Below are positions 38,609 through 50,900 of a stretch of DNA of 64,000 nucleotides, piece after piece (positions within the stretch are counted from its first letter, which is position 1; each line of letters begins with the position of its first letter). Made by a program: the position numbers and the translations under genes. The notes under the pieces were generated by a model. That model was given only the letters and a program-made list of their open reading frames with translations. It did not search any database and was not told where the DNA came from. This DNA comes from Squalus acanthias (taxonomy: Eukaryota), in the NCBI GenBank assembly GCA_030390025.1, contig CM059432.1, forward strand, positions 132,620,001 to 132,684,000, read 5' to 3'.

Positions 38609-39047
38609 AAAAGAAAGAAAGAAAGATCTTGCATTTATATAGCTCCTTTTATGGCCTCAGGATGTCTCAGAATGCTTTATAACCAATAAAGTACTTTTGA
38701 AGTGTAGTCACTGTTGTAATGTGGTAAACGCGGAGGCCAATTTGCACACAGCAAGCTCCCACAAACAGCAATGAAATATATGATGAAATAATATGTTTTA
38801 GTGATGTTGGTCGAGGGAGAACTCCTCTGCTCTTCTTCTAATAGTGCCATGGGATGTTTACGTCCACCTGAAAGTGCAAATGGACCTCGGTTCAATGTCT
38901 CACCCAAAAGACGGCACCTCCAACAGTGCAGCACTCTCAGAGTGTAACACTGAAGTGCCAGCCTAGATTATGTGCTCAAGTCTCTGGAGTGGGGTTTGAA
39001 CCCACAACTATCTGAGCTAGAGGCAAGAGTGCTACCAAGGCTGGCAC
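38609..39047 (-). mobile_element. Deu-SINE inserted into an older plus-strand Deu-SINE (~38545-39390)
   Basis: Reverse complement of 40426-40882; flanked by CAGAG on both sides. Confidence 0.8.
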
Positions 39048-39915
39048 CAGAGGTGTCATCTTTCAAATGAAATGTTAAACTGAGCTTGTATCTGTCTGTT
39101 CCAGTGAGGAGGTGGATATCACACCGTGACACTATTTGAAGAAGGACAGGGAGTTTTGCCTGGTACCTTGGCCAACATTCCTCCCTGAACTAGCACAACC
39201 CCAAACAGATTAACTGGCCACTTATCTCATGGTTGCTTGTGGGATATTGTTGTGAGCAAAAAGGGCTGCTGTTTTAACCTACATAAGAGCAGTAACTGCA
39301 CTTCCGAAAATAATTCATTATTTGCGATGCACCTTGGAATGTTTCTGAGAAAAATCATATACATCTAAACGCATAACTTTCTTCCTTTTGAATCTATTTT
39401 TATCTCTCATTTTATTATCAATATTACTATATAAACGCAAGATCTTTCTTTTCTCTGACAGTGCTGCATGCCACTAGAGTAATACCATGCATGCAGTCAG
39501 GCAGGAATAATCGGTTTCTTTAAGCTAGTTGTCAGTTAGGCTGTTTGATTGGTTGGCAAGAGGAGCGCTTGAGTTATTCTGTTCTCTATCCGCTCTGTAA
39601 AGTGATTTCCCTCACCACAACAAAGAACAAATAAAATTCCTCTTTAATCCTAGCAGTGAAGCTTGAGTGACAGTAGCCCTGGAATTCTTGAAGTGACCAC
39701 AAGGCAAGTTCTGTGCCACTTGTTTATCAGAATGATCTTGATTGATCATTCAAATCGTTTGACTTTATTTGCATAGAACGATCTGGGTATGTTTTATTTA
39801 TTTTTGTATTGTTATGCCTTCCTTCCGCCCCACCCCCCACTCTGCCTTGCCTGCCATTCTGCTGCTGAAAGGAGCAATGGGGCCAACACCCAATTCTCAG
39901 AACCTTCACCTGTGC

Positions 39916-40183
39916 TCGGGTTACCAACTCTGGTTGGACCTATTCCTGGAGGTTCCATCACATGACCTCCAGCCTCTAACTGCCCAGCCCAGTAAAACCG
40001 ACTTTTCCCCCTGTCTCCAATATTTTTATGACTAATAAATAAAAGTGTTCAAAGACATTGAAAAGAAAAATATTTTTTTAATGTCCCAATGATTTTTCTC
40101 CTGAGCGGCTTGCAGCAGTGTCCAGGAGATTAATCTTCAGTTCCCGGAGACCCCAGGGCAATCCTGGAGAGTTGGCAACCCTA
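39916..40183. mobile_element. hAT-type MITE
   Basis: TIRs TCGGGTTACCAACTC / GAGTTGGCAACCCTA; 8-bp TSD ACCTGTGC / ACTTGTGC. Confidence 0.75.
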
Positions 40184-40425
40184 ACTTGTGCCCTTAGCTG
40201 CTGGCGACAGGAGGCCAGCCTCCGCATGGCAACTGTTTTCAAATTTTTTTAAATTTCCCTGACAATTTTCTCCCTCCACTCCTGAATGCATTCACCCGTT
40301 GCTGGGTGTCACAGTTTTGGTGCTATGCCTCCATGGGAAGACTTTTGGTTTATGGTAAAAAAAAATGTTTCAATTAAGCTAAACCTAGCTCTCAGGGGGG
40401 CTTACATTTGCAGGACAGCTGGACT

Positions 40426-40882
40426 GGCTTTCAGCTGTGGCTCAGTGGGTAGCACCACTCGCCTCTGAGTCAGAAGGTTGTGGGTTCAAGTCCCACTCCA
40501 GGGAGTTGAGCACAAAAATCTAGGCTGACACTCCAGTGCAGTGCTGAGGGAGTGCTGCACTGTCGGAGGTGCCGTCTTTTGGATGAAACGTTAAACCGAG
40601 GCCCCGTCTAGCCGCTCAGGTGGACGTAAAAGATCCCATGGCACTATTTCGAAGAAGAGCAGGGGAGTTATCACCGGTGTCCTAGACAATATTTAGCCCT
40701 TAATCAACATAACAAAAACTAGATTATCTGGTTATTATCACAGTGCTGTTTGTGGGACCTTGTGTGCAGCGTTTCCTACTACTACAACAGTGACTACACT
40801 TCAAAAGTACTTCATTGGCTGTAAAGCGCTTTGGGACATCCTGAGGTCATGAAAGCACTGTATAAATGCAAGTCTTTCTTTC
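40426..40882 (+). mobile_element. Full-length Deu-SINE (SacSINE1-like) with L2-type tail
   Basis: tRNA A/B boxes (TGGCTCAGTGGG, GGTTCAAGTCCC), Deu domain, tail TGTAAAGCGCTTTGGGACATCC...TATAAATGCAAG(TCTT)n. Confidence 0.9.
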
Positions 40883-41154
40883 TGGGATTTTTAGGTTAGG
40901 ATTCATACAGAATGTCTGTACCAATGTGTTGGTTAACCTTTGGAGCAATTGAAGAAATAAATTGTGCGAAAGCCACAAACATCCAGTGTGGGTCACAAGC
41001 GGTTATTATTGTTACACCCTCAGCCTACGCTATTATGCAAATAAATATAGGACAGTGTGAGTCCACTCCCATAAAGGTAAAACACTCAGAATGATTATGG
41101 GCAAGGCTAATGTTACTGAACCTGAGAAAGCACCTACAGCATACTTGATTTCAT

Positions 41155-41515
41155 AGCACTCTGGGGTCCAGTTCTACTGGCACCAGTTGCCCTCCCGTAT
41201 CTCACCCATTTTTCATGTGTGCTGTGACAATGAACATCAACAGGTTATTGTAACAGGGGGAGCATTAAATCTGAGCCTGATCCTATCCTCACCCACAGTT
41301 CGCTTCCAGTAGGGTTAGTGGATCGTGACCAAGTGCAGGAACCATGGTTGATTTTAGTCCTCTCTAACCTGGGGCGCTGAGCCCAGTTGTAGCACCTCCA
41401 AAAATGCCTGTCTTGCAATTAACTAACTCAGCACAAAACAAACATTGAACCTGGTACTGTCCTGGTCTGTGCAGCTATGTTACTTAGCAGTTAAACTTGC
41501 TAAGCCACTGGGGGA
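41155..41515 (-). mobile_element. LF-SINE-like element
   Basis: Minus strand CAGACCAGGACAGTACCAGGTTCAA...TGCTGAGTTAG...GGTGCTACAACTGGGCTCAGCGCCCCAGGTTAGAGAGG...GGGTGAGGATAGGATCAGGCTC; homologous to 17694-18676. Confidence 0.7.
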
Positions 41516-41529
41516 GGACTTAAGTTTCT

Positions 41530-41815
41530 AAACCCACAACCTCTACCACAAAGAAGGACAAGGACAGCAGGTGCATGGGAACACCATCACCCGCAGGTTT
41601 CCCTCCAAGTCACACACTACCCTGACTTGGAAATATATCGCCGTTCCTTCATCGTCGCTGGGTCAAAATCCTGGAACTCCTTATTTAACAGCACTGTGAC
41701 CACACTGACTGCAGCAGTTCAAGAAGGCGGCTCACCACCACTTTCTCAAGGGTAATTAAGGATGGACAATAAATGCTGGCCTTGCCAGCGGCGCCCACAT
41801 CCCGTGAATAAATTT
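41530..41815 (+). mobile_element. LINE family B 3' fragment
   Basis: Same 3' end as ~32510-32785. Confidence 0.85.
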
Positions 41816-43237
41816 TTAAAAACTCAATGCAATCATATGAGCAATGTTGAAAAAAAATCCCTTAGCAACAGCAGCATATTGAAGGGCATGTTTGCAGATG
41901 TATATGTTCTACTCTCAGGAAGAGAGTGGGTTTCCATGTTCATTTAGATTTGTTGCCATATTTGACTTTGTAGAATTTCCAAGGGCTAAGTGTATACTTC
42001 CTTGTAAGCATCAGGGTGGACCTGTTTGCAGCTCCTAGACTACATAGTTAGCATGAATACATTTTATTGGCACGACTCCATGGGAAACAAAAGCAGAGTA
42101 ATGATAAGTGGCTCCTTTATTTTCATGCACTTAGGTCAGTAGATACACAGCATTCCTTTCCTGCCATGCCTCGTGTTGATTGATATTTTTAAGGGATGGT
42201 CAATTTTATGTGACTTTCTTTTTATTGTCATCTATGTCAACTGTTTGCATGGACACCAACGGATAAGTTGGAAAAGAAGCCCAGCGAGGGAAAAGAATTA
42301 AAGGCCTACATTTTTGTGGGGCCTGCTGGAGCATTCCAGCTATTAAGAAGGTGAAAGTGCAGTGGAAGAGCCCGGAAATAGGGTGGGTCCCAGATACACC
42401 GAGTCCCAACCTTCACTGCCAGTTTCAGTGCAACCTTGTTTGGAGTGGAACCTCAGTCTGCCCATAACAAAGTCACCCACGTCAGAGACGGAGATTCCCA
42501 GGCTGGGAGTTTCTTCATCTCTGGCCTGGGATTTGCCAGGTGGCTGGTACGCCAATGAAAAGAGGTGTACCCGGCTCCCAGACAGTGCAGGTAAGGCCCA
42601 GCTGCTGACCTTTGCATGGTCTTGGCCTCAACCCTCAAAGACTTGACCTCAGCTTCAGGCCTGATTTGCCCCCTTCACAATAAGCCCATTGAAATCATCA
42701 TGTTCCGTCTTTGTTACTGTGAGTGGCTGGCCTCCGCCACTTCTCCTGCCCCACTGCTCTGGCGGGTGGAGATGGGGCCATAGTGGCATGGGTGCCAGCC
42801 AGTCATATTTAAATAAGAGAACCTCCCCACGATCCAAGGACATCCAGCAGGGCAGCAGTGAATGTTCTTACTGGGCGTATTCAGGCACTTATGCCTAGAT
42901 GTCAGTCCTGTGGATTTTCAAACCCATCGTGTTTTAAGAAGAAATAAAACTGAGGTATCATAGCACGTAAAGACCAATATGATACAAATGATTACTGTGT
43001 GGCGGATCGCAAACCTAAAACGGGCATAATCCACTCTTCCGTCTGTGGACAAATTTCCAGCACCTTCCCTTCAAGGCACCTTACCTTTAAGGCAGAAGGG
43101 GGCGGGGCCTCAGGTTTTACCCAGAGAATTCTGGGAGCTTTTGAGTCTGCCATTTTGTGCCATGCTGTGATTAAAAAGTCTCTTGTTTAACACAAATGGA
43201 TTCAGCATTAATTTGTGTTTCGCGGCAGCCTCAACAT

Positions 43238-43251
43238 TGGTGACCCCGACG
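43238..43251 (+). promoter_or_regulatory. Primer-binding site complementary to the tRNA-Trp 3' end
   Basis: TGGTGACCCCGACG, 1 nt after the LTR-terminal CA; eukaryotic tRNA-Trp ends ...CGTCGGGGTCACCA. Confidence 0.85.
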
Positions 43252-43276
43252 CTCAGAACGTATTCTGAGCACTGCA

Positions 43277-46200
43277 ATGGCAGACACGAACGCAGTTTCC
43301 GTGAAACTGCCGGAGTTTTGGGAAAACCAGCCCGAAGCCTGGTTTCTCCAAGCTGAATCTTGCTTCCGGCTGCGAAATATCACCACAGATGGGACGAAGT
43401 ATGACTATCTCGTCACATCACTCGGTAGCGCCGCAGTTTCCAAGGTTTGGACAACGCTGCAGAACCCACCAGAGGAAGGCAAGTACGCACATCTCAGGAC
43501 AGCGCTCCTTAAAAAATTTACGGCCTCGGCATATCAGCAAAACTGCCACCTCCTCGACCTTCCAGGCCTTGGTGATGCCTCACCGTCAGACCTCCTCTCC
43601 CACATGCTCTCCCTCACCGACGAGAGCCCACCCGGATCCCTCTTCCGCACGCTGTTCATCCGCCAGCTCCCTCTCAGCATCCGCCCAGCGATCGTGGCGT
43701 CCGGCCTCACGAACCTGGAAGCCCTGGCGATGAGGCCGACAAGCTGCTGTCCGCTCACTCCAGCCGCGACGTCACTCCGGACCTGGCAGCCAATGCCTGG
43801 GCGCGCCCCTCACCATCCAGCACGCGGCCACAAGGGCCTGTCACCAGGCCCACGGGGCCTTCACACCCCACTAACCCGGGCCACTGTTACTACCACGCAC
43901 GGTTTGGCGCCAGGGCACAACGGTGCACACCTCCCTGCTCTTTCAAGTCCGCCCCCGTTCCAGCCCCCGCGATGGCCGTGGGCCACGCGGGCTCCCTGCT
44001 GTTCGTCACGGATGACAAAACCGGCCGCCGGTTCCTGTGCGACACTGGGGCTCAGCACAGCATCATCCCGGCCTCCTCCCTCAACATCCAAAAGGGCGAA
44101 CGCTGGCTGCTGCTAATGGCTCGGAAATCCGGACGTATGGCACCCGGACAGTCACCCTCGACCTCGCTGGTCACCGCTACCGATGGGAGTTCATCACTGC
44201 CAAGGTGCTCTCCCCCCTCATCGGCGCAGATTTCCTGTGCGCCCACGGCCTACTGGTAGACATCTCTCGTCACCGCCTCGTGGACATGAACACCATGTCC
44301 CCCATCCTGGGCGCCATGGCCCCCCGTCAACCCGCCGACATTGCGTCAGAGTGCCACGTCCGGGCCACGGATGACTACTCGGCACTCCTGGCCGAATTCC
44401 CGGCCCTTACCAATCCGACCTTCTCCGCGGAGGCCGCCAAACAGGGGGTGGAACACTTCATCCCCACCACAGGCCCCCCAGTGTATGCCCACGCCCGCAG
44501 GCTGGACCCGGCCAAACTGGAGATCGCGCGGACCGAGTTTGCCACCATGGAACAGCTCGGCATCATCCGCCGCTCCAACAGTCCCTGGGCCTCCCCACTC
44601 CACATCGCCCCCAAACCAGGCGGAGGTTGGCGCCCCTGCGGGGATTACCGACGCCTCAATGACGCCACCACCCCTGATCGGTACCCCGTGCCGCACATTC
44701 AGGACTTCTCGGCTAGACTGGCCGGCCGCTCAGTCTTTTCCAAGGTCGACCTGGTGCGCGGCTACCACCAAGTCCCCGTCCACCCCGCGGACGTCCCCAA
44801 GACGGCTGTAATCACCCCCTTCGGCCTGTTCGAGTTCCTGCGGATGCCCTTCGGCCTCAAAAACGTGGCCCAGGCATTCCAACGGCTCATGGACTCGGTC
44901 CTTCGGGACCTGAAGTTCCTGTTCGTCTACCTGGACGACATCCTGGTAGCCAGTTCCTCCAAGCAGGAACACCTCGAACACCTTCGCATCCTGTTCGGGC
45001 GCCTCAGCGACCACGGGCTCATCCTCAGCCCAACCAAATGCCAGTTCGGCCTGGACAAGATCGACTTCCTCAGCCACCACATCACCCATGCTGGGGCCAT
45101 TCCCCTGCCCACCAAGGTGCAGGCCGTCCAACAATTTCCCCGCCCCACCACCATCAAAGGCCTCCAGGAGTTCCTCGGGATGATGAATTTCTATAACCGC
45201 TTCATCCTCAAAGCGGCATCCCTCATGAGGCCCCTGTATGAAGCCCTCCGGGGCAGGAGCGGCAAGATGGCGGTCGAATGGACGGCAGACGCGTCCGCCG
45301 CCTTTGATTCCACCAAGACCGTGCTCGCCAACGCCACCCTGCTCGCGCACCCACGGCCCAATGCCAGGGTAGCGCTCACCACGGACGCCTCCGACCACGC
45401 GGTCGGCGCCGTGTATGAGCAGTGGGTCGACGGCGCCTGGCAACCACTTGCCTTCTTCAGCCGCCAACTACGCCCCCCGGAGGTCAAGTACAGCACCTTC
45501 AACCGCGAGCTCCTCGCGCTGTTCCTGGCGGTCCGCCATTTCCGGTTTTTGCTTGAGGGCCACCCCTTCACTGCGTTTGTCGACCACAAGCCCCTGACAT
45601 TCGCAATGGCAAAGACAACCGACCCCTGGTCCGCCAGGCAGCAGCGCCAGCTCGCGGCAGTGTCCGAGTTCACCACGGACATCCAACACGTCTCCGGCCG
45701 AGACAATGTGGTAGCCGACTGCCTCTCCAGCCCCGCCATCCATGCCGCACACCTGGCAGTCGACTACGCTCAACTCGTAGCAGACCAGATCACCGACCCT
45801 AATCTGCTCTCCGCACCCAGCAACCTACCAGGGCTACGCCTGGCCGACGTCGCCTGTGGCCCGACCGCAGTCACGGTCAAGTGTAACATATCCCTATGTC
45901 AACCTCGGCCCGTCGTCCCAGCGTCCTGGCGCCGCCGGGTATTCGACATTCTCCACAACCTCTCCCACCCCGGTGCCCGCGCATCCATCAAATTGGTAGC
46001 CAACCGCTTCGCCTGGCGCGGCCTTCGCAAGGATGTGCGTACTTGGGCCAACTCCTGCCTAGCCTGCCAACGGGCCAAGGTACAGCAACACACGAAAGCA
46101 CCCCTCGATGAGTTTACCATCCCCTCGCGGAGATTCGACCACATCCACGTGGACATCGTCGGGCCCCTGCCGCCGTCGCAAGGCCACACGCACTTGCTGA

Positions 46201-46410
46201 CCATCGTTGACCGCACCACACGCTGGCCCAAGGCAATTCCACTGACCTCTACCACCACCGCCGACATCGCCAGAGCCTTCGTCAGCACCTGGGTCGCACG
46301 GTTTGGCGTCCCCTCCGACATGACGTCAGACAGAGATCCGCAATTTACCTCTGAACTCTGGACCGCCGTCGCACGCAATCTCGGGGTGACCATTCACCGC
46401 ACCACAGCAC
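43277..46410 (+). pseudogene. Gypsy gag-pro-pol with 2 frameshifts and truncated integrase
   Basis: Gag VKLPEFW..PEAWFLQAES; CYYHARFGARAQRCTPPC (43885-43938); protease LCDTGA; RT YLDD; RNase H TDAS; IN H..SHPG..CLAC, HVDIVGPL, SDRDPQF. Frameshifts near 43730 and 44100. Confidence 0.93.
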
Positions 46411-47009
46411 CTTCCCTTTAAGGCACCAGGCAGAAGGGGGCGAGGCCTCGGGTTTTACCCAGAGAATTCTGGGAGCTTTTCAGTCTGCCATTTTGTGCCA
46501 TGCTGTGATTAAAAAGTCTTGTTTAACACAAATGGATTCAGCCTTAATTCGTGTTTCGCGGCAGCCTCAACAACAGATTGATTAGAATACTTACGGAAAC
46601 CTTTTCCAGAAATACTATAGAAAATAACAAATAAAGTGAACTTAAATATTTTATTTAAGGGGACTTTAACTTTCATATAGACTGGGCAAATCAAATTTGC
46701 AGAAATAGTGCAGAGGAAGAGTTCATGGAATGCATTCAAGATAGTTTTCTAGATCAGTATGTCAAGGAACTTATGAGGGAATTGAGCGGGGAATCCACCT
46801 GGAGTTATTTTCTCTAATCAGGGATATTACAACATTTTAGTAAATTTGTTTTTCAGCAACTTTACATAGATAGTAAAGTATATCCCATGTGCAAATAAAG
46901 CCTTGTAGTATTTTGCATACCAAAGAAGACTCATTTGAGTGAATAACAAAGAATCTGATACAGAACAAGAACATTTACATATAAAGGATGCATTGTTGAA
47001 ATTCATTCT

Positions 47010-47260
47010 TTTTTAAAATTCGTTGCTGGGATGTGGGCATCGCTGGCAAGGCCAGCATTTATTGCCCATCCCTAATTGCACTTGAGAAGGTGGTGGTGAG
47101 CCGCCTTCTTGAACCGCTGCAGTCCGTGTGGTGAAGGTACTCCCACAGTGCTGTTAGGGAGGGAGTTCCAGGATTTTGACCCAACGACGATGAAGGAACA
47201 GCGATATATTTCCAAGTCAGGATGGTGTGTGACTTGGAGGGGAACTTGGAGGTGATGGTC
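47010..47260 (-). mobile_element. LINE family B 3' fragment
   Basis: Matches ~35400-35640. Confidence 0.85.
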
Positions 47261-47272
47261 ATAGAGTCATGT

Positions 47273-47957
47273 AGGGAAAAATTGAGTCACAACCCCTTTG
47301 GGGCGCTAACTTCGAAAATTAGCGCCCCCGTGGCCGAAATTCATCGGTAGTGCCCCTAGAGGGAAGCGGGGTGCAACTGGAAGCCACGCTCTGCGGTACG
47401 TCGTGCCGCGGTACTACAGGCCTTCCTCCCCTTCTTATAGGGGAGGGGCCTTGCGCAGCGCGACCCGGGGCCCAGCTGGGTCACCAGGGATCAGAGTGTC
47501 AGCAAAAGAGCCCGGCACTCAAGAGAAGTGCCTGGCTCACGGAGCGTAGCCGGCACTCCGTGGGGGGGCTTCAGAGGAGGCCGGGGACGGCAGAGGGGGC
47601 AGGTGCTGGCAGGCGGCAGCAACAAAAATGGCCACCCGGCAATATCGCCTTTAATTAGCGCCACCCCGGCTGCAGGTAGGCCCCCCTGACCCCGTCGGAC
47701 ATAGCGTCCGGCGGTAAGTCAGGGGGCGCTACCGAAGATTGCGGCCGGGGCGCGAGCGGGGCGCTGTGCACGCCGATGACGTCATCGCCGGCGGCGCAGC
47801 GCTGTGGGACGCTAATGGTTACCGCCACCGCTAACCTCCCGCTGAATTTAGCGGGAGGCATTGGCGGCGCCGTACCAGGGTGCTAGTTGCTTTGAGCCCC
47901 GTTGGCACCCTCTTAAGGTGCTAACCGGAGGCGCAAAGCAACCGAATTTTTAGGCCT
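47273..47957. mobile_element. PIF/Harbinger-like MITE inserted in a CR1 microsatellite tail
   Basis: Ends AGGGAAAAATTGAGT / ACCGAATTTTTAGGCCT; right part similar to 23700-23881; flanked by CATAGAGT repeats. Confidence 0.75.
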
Positions 47958-50900
47958 TAGAGTCATAACGGCACAAAAGGAGGCCATTTGACCCATCGAG
48001 TCTGTGCCGGCTCTCTGTAGAGCAATCCAGTCAGTTCCATTCCCCCGCTCTATCCCCGTAGCCCTGCAAGTTTATTTCCCTCAAGTGCCTATCCAGTCTC
48101 CCCTTGAAAACATTGAGTGTCTCCGCTTCCACCACTTCCATCAGCAGCGAATTCCAGGTCCTCACCACTTGCTGTGAAAAAAATTTTTCCTCACATCCCC
48201 CCTGTATCTCTTGCCCAAAACCTTAAATCTGTGTCCCCTAGTCCTTGTACCATCAACTAGTGGGAACAGCCATTCCCCGTCTAGCCTATCTAAACTCGTC
48301 ATAATCTTGTACACCTCTATCATAAGAACATAAGAAATAGGAGCAGGAATAAGCCACTTGGCCCCTTGAGCCTGCTCCGCCATTCAATAAGATCATGGCT
48401 GATCTTGGGCTCAAAGCCACTTCCCCGCCCGCTCCCCATAACCCTTCACTCCCTTATCTTGCAAAAATCTGTCTATCTCCACCTTAAATGTATTTAATGA
48501 CCCAGCCTCCACAGCTCTCTGAGACAGAGAATTCCACAGATTTACAACCCTCTGAGAGAAGAAATTCCTCCTCATCTCAGTTCTAAAAGGGCGACCCTTT
48601 ATTCTAAAACTGTGCGCCCGAGTTCTAGATTTCCCCACGAGTGGAAACATCCTCTCTGCATCTATCCTGTCGAGCCCCCTCAGTATCTTATATGTTTCAA
48701 TAAGATCACCTCTCATTCTTCTAAATTCCAATGAGTATAGGCCCAGCCTGCTCAACCTTTCCCCATAAGTCAACCCCCTCATCTCTGGAATTAACCTAGT
48801 GAATTGTCTCTGAACTGCCTCCAATGCAAGTATATCCTTCCTTAAATAAGGAGACCAAAACTGTACGCAGTACTCAAGGTGTAGTCTCACCAATACCCTG
48901 TACAGTTGTAGCAGGACTTCCCTGTTTTTATACTCCAACCCCTTTGAAATAAAGGCCAACATTCCATTTGCCTTTTTGATTACTTGCTGTACCTGCATGC
49001 TAACTTTTTGTGTTTCATGCACAAGGACCCCCAGGTCCCTCTGAACTGTAGTATTTTGTAATCTCTCTCCATTTAAATAATAATTTGCTTTTTTATTTTT
49101 CTTGCCAAAGTGTATAACCTCGCATTTTCCCACATTATACTCCATCTGCCAAATGTTTGCCCACTCACTTAGCCTGTCTATATCCCTTTGCAGATTCTTT
49201 GAGTCCTCTGCACAACTTGCTTTCCCACCCATCTTTGTATCATCCGCAAACTTGGCTACATTACACTCGATCCCTTCATCCAAGTTATTAATGTAGATTG
49301 TAAATAGTTGAGTCCCACCGATCCCTGTGGTACCCCACTAGTTACCGTTTGCCAACCGGAAAATGACCCATTTATCCCGACTCTGCTATCTGTTAGTTAG
49401 CCAATTCTCTATCCATGCTAATATATTACCCCCAATTCCGTGAGCTCTTATCTTATGCAGTAACCTTTTATGTGGCACCTTATCGAATGCCTTCTGGAAA
49501 TCCAAATACACCACATCTACTGGTTTACCTTTGTCCACCCTGCTCGTTACAGAACTCCAGCAAATTTGTTAAACATGATTTCCCTTTCATAAAACCATGC
49601 TGACTCTGCCTGACTGCATTATGATTTTCCAAATGCCCTGCTACTGCTTCCTTAATGAAGGACTCCAGCATTTTCCCAACGACAGATGTCAGGCTAACTG
49701 GTCTATAGTTTCCTGCTTTCTGTCTCCCTCCTTTCTTAAATAGGGGTGTTACATTTGCGGTTTTCCAATCTGCTGGGACCTCTCCAGAGTCCAGGGAATT
49801 TTGGTATATTGCAACCAATGCATCCACTATCTCCGCAGCCACTTATTTTAAGACCCTGGGATGCAGGCCATCTGGTCCAGGGGACTTGTCGTCTTTTAGT
49901 CCCATTATTTTACCGAGTAATATTTCCCTAGTGATAGTGATTGTCTTTAGTTCCTCCCTCCCTGTGGCCCCTTGATTATCCATTTTTGAGATGTTGTTAG
50001 TGTCTTCTACCGTGAAGACAGATACAAAATATTTATTCAGAGTCTCTGCCATTTCCCCGTTCTCCATTATTAATTCCCCAGTCTCATCCTCTCAGGGACC
50101 AACGTTTACTTTAGCTACCCTCTTCCTTTTTATATACCTGTAGAAGCTCTGACTATCTGTTTTAATGTTTCTTGCCAGTTTTCTCTCAGAATTCATCTTC
50201 TCTCTCTTTATTATTTTTTTAGTCATCCTTTGCAGGTTTTAAAAAATTTCCCAATCCTCTGGTCTCCCACCAATCTTGGCAACATTGTATGCCTTCGTTT
50301 TCAATTTGATACCATCCTTTACTTCCTTAGTTAATCACCCCTCAACCTCCTTTGCTCTAATGAAAACAAATCCAGCTTCTCCAACCTGTCCTTGTAGCTA
50401 AGATCCCCCATCCCTGGAACCATTCTGGTAAATCTCCTCTGTACCCTCTCAAGGGCCTTCACATCCTTCCTAAAGTGTGGTGACCAGAACTGGACGCAAT
50501 ACTCCAGTTGTGGCCTAACCAGCGCTTTATAAAGGTTCAGCATAACTTCCCCTACTTTTGTACTCAATACCTCTATTTATGAAGCCCAAGATCCCATATG
50601 CTTTGCTAACCACTCTCAATATGTCCCGCCACCTTCAGGGACCTATGCACATTAACTCCCAGGTCCCTCTGTCCCTGCACACTCTTTAAAACAGTGCCAT
50701 TAAGTGCATGTTGCCTCTCGCTGTTCCTTCTGCCAAAATGCATCACCTCACACTTCTCTGTATTAAATTCCATCTGCCACTTGTCTGCCCATTCTGCTAG
50801 CCTTTCTATGTCTTGTTGCAGTCGATTGGTATCATCCTCACTGTTTGCCACACCCCCAAGTTTGGTGTCATCGGCAAATTTAGAAATTCTACTCTGTATT

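Larger units (their letters stand above)
42998..46572 (+). mobile_element. Ty3/Gypsy LTR retrotransposon, CsRN1-type, defective
   Basis: 5' LTR 42998-43236 (TG...CA), PBS 43238-43251, gag-pro-pol, partial 3' LTR 46405-46572; flanks ACTG/ACAG (4-bp TSD with 1 mismatch). Confidence 0.95.

Noticed and set aside
40426..40500. tRNA genes at 15867, 19140 and 40430
   Set aside because: These are tRNA-derived SINE heads that continue into SINE bodies; no complete cloverleaf.
44730..46393. Long antisense ORFs (245, 182, 164 aa) in the Gypsy element
   Set aside because: Shadow frames of a GC-rich pol gene, with no recognisable domains.
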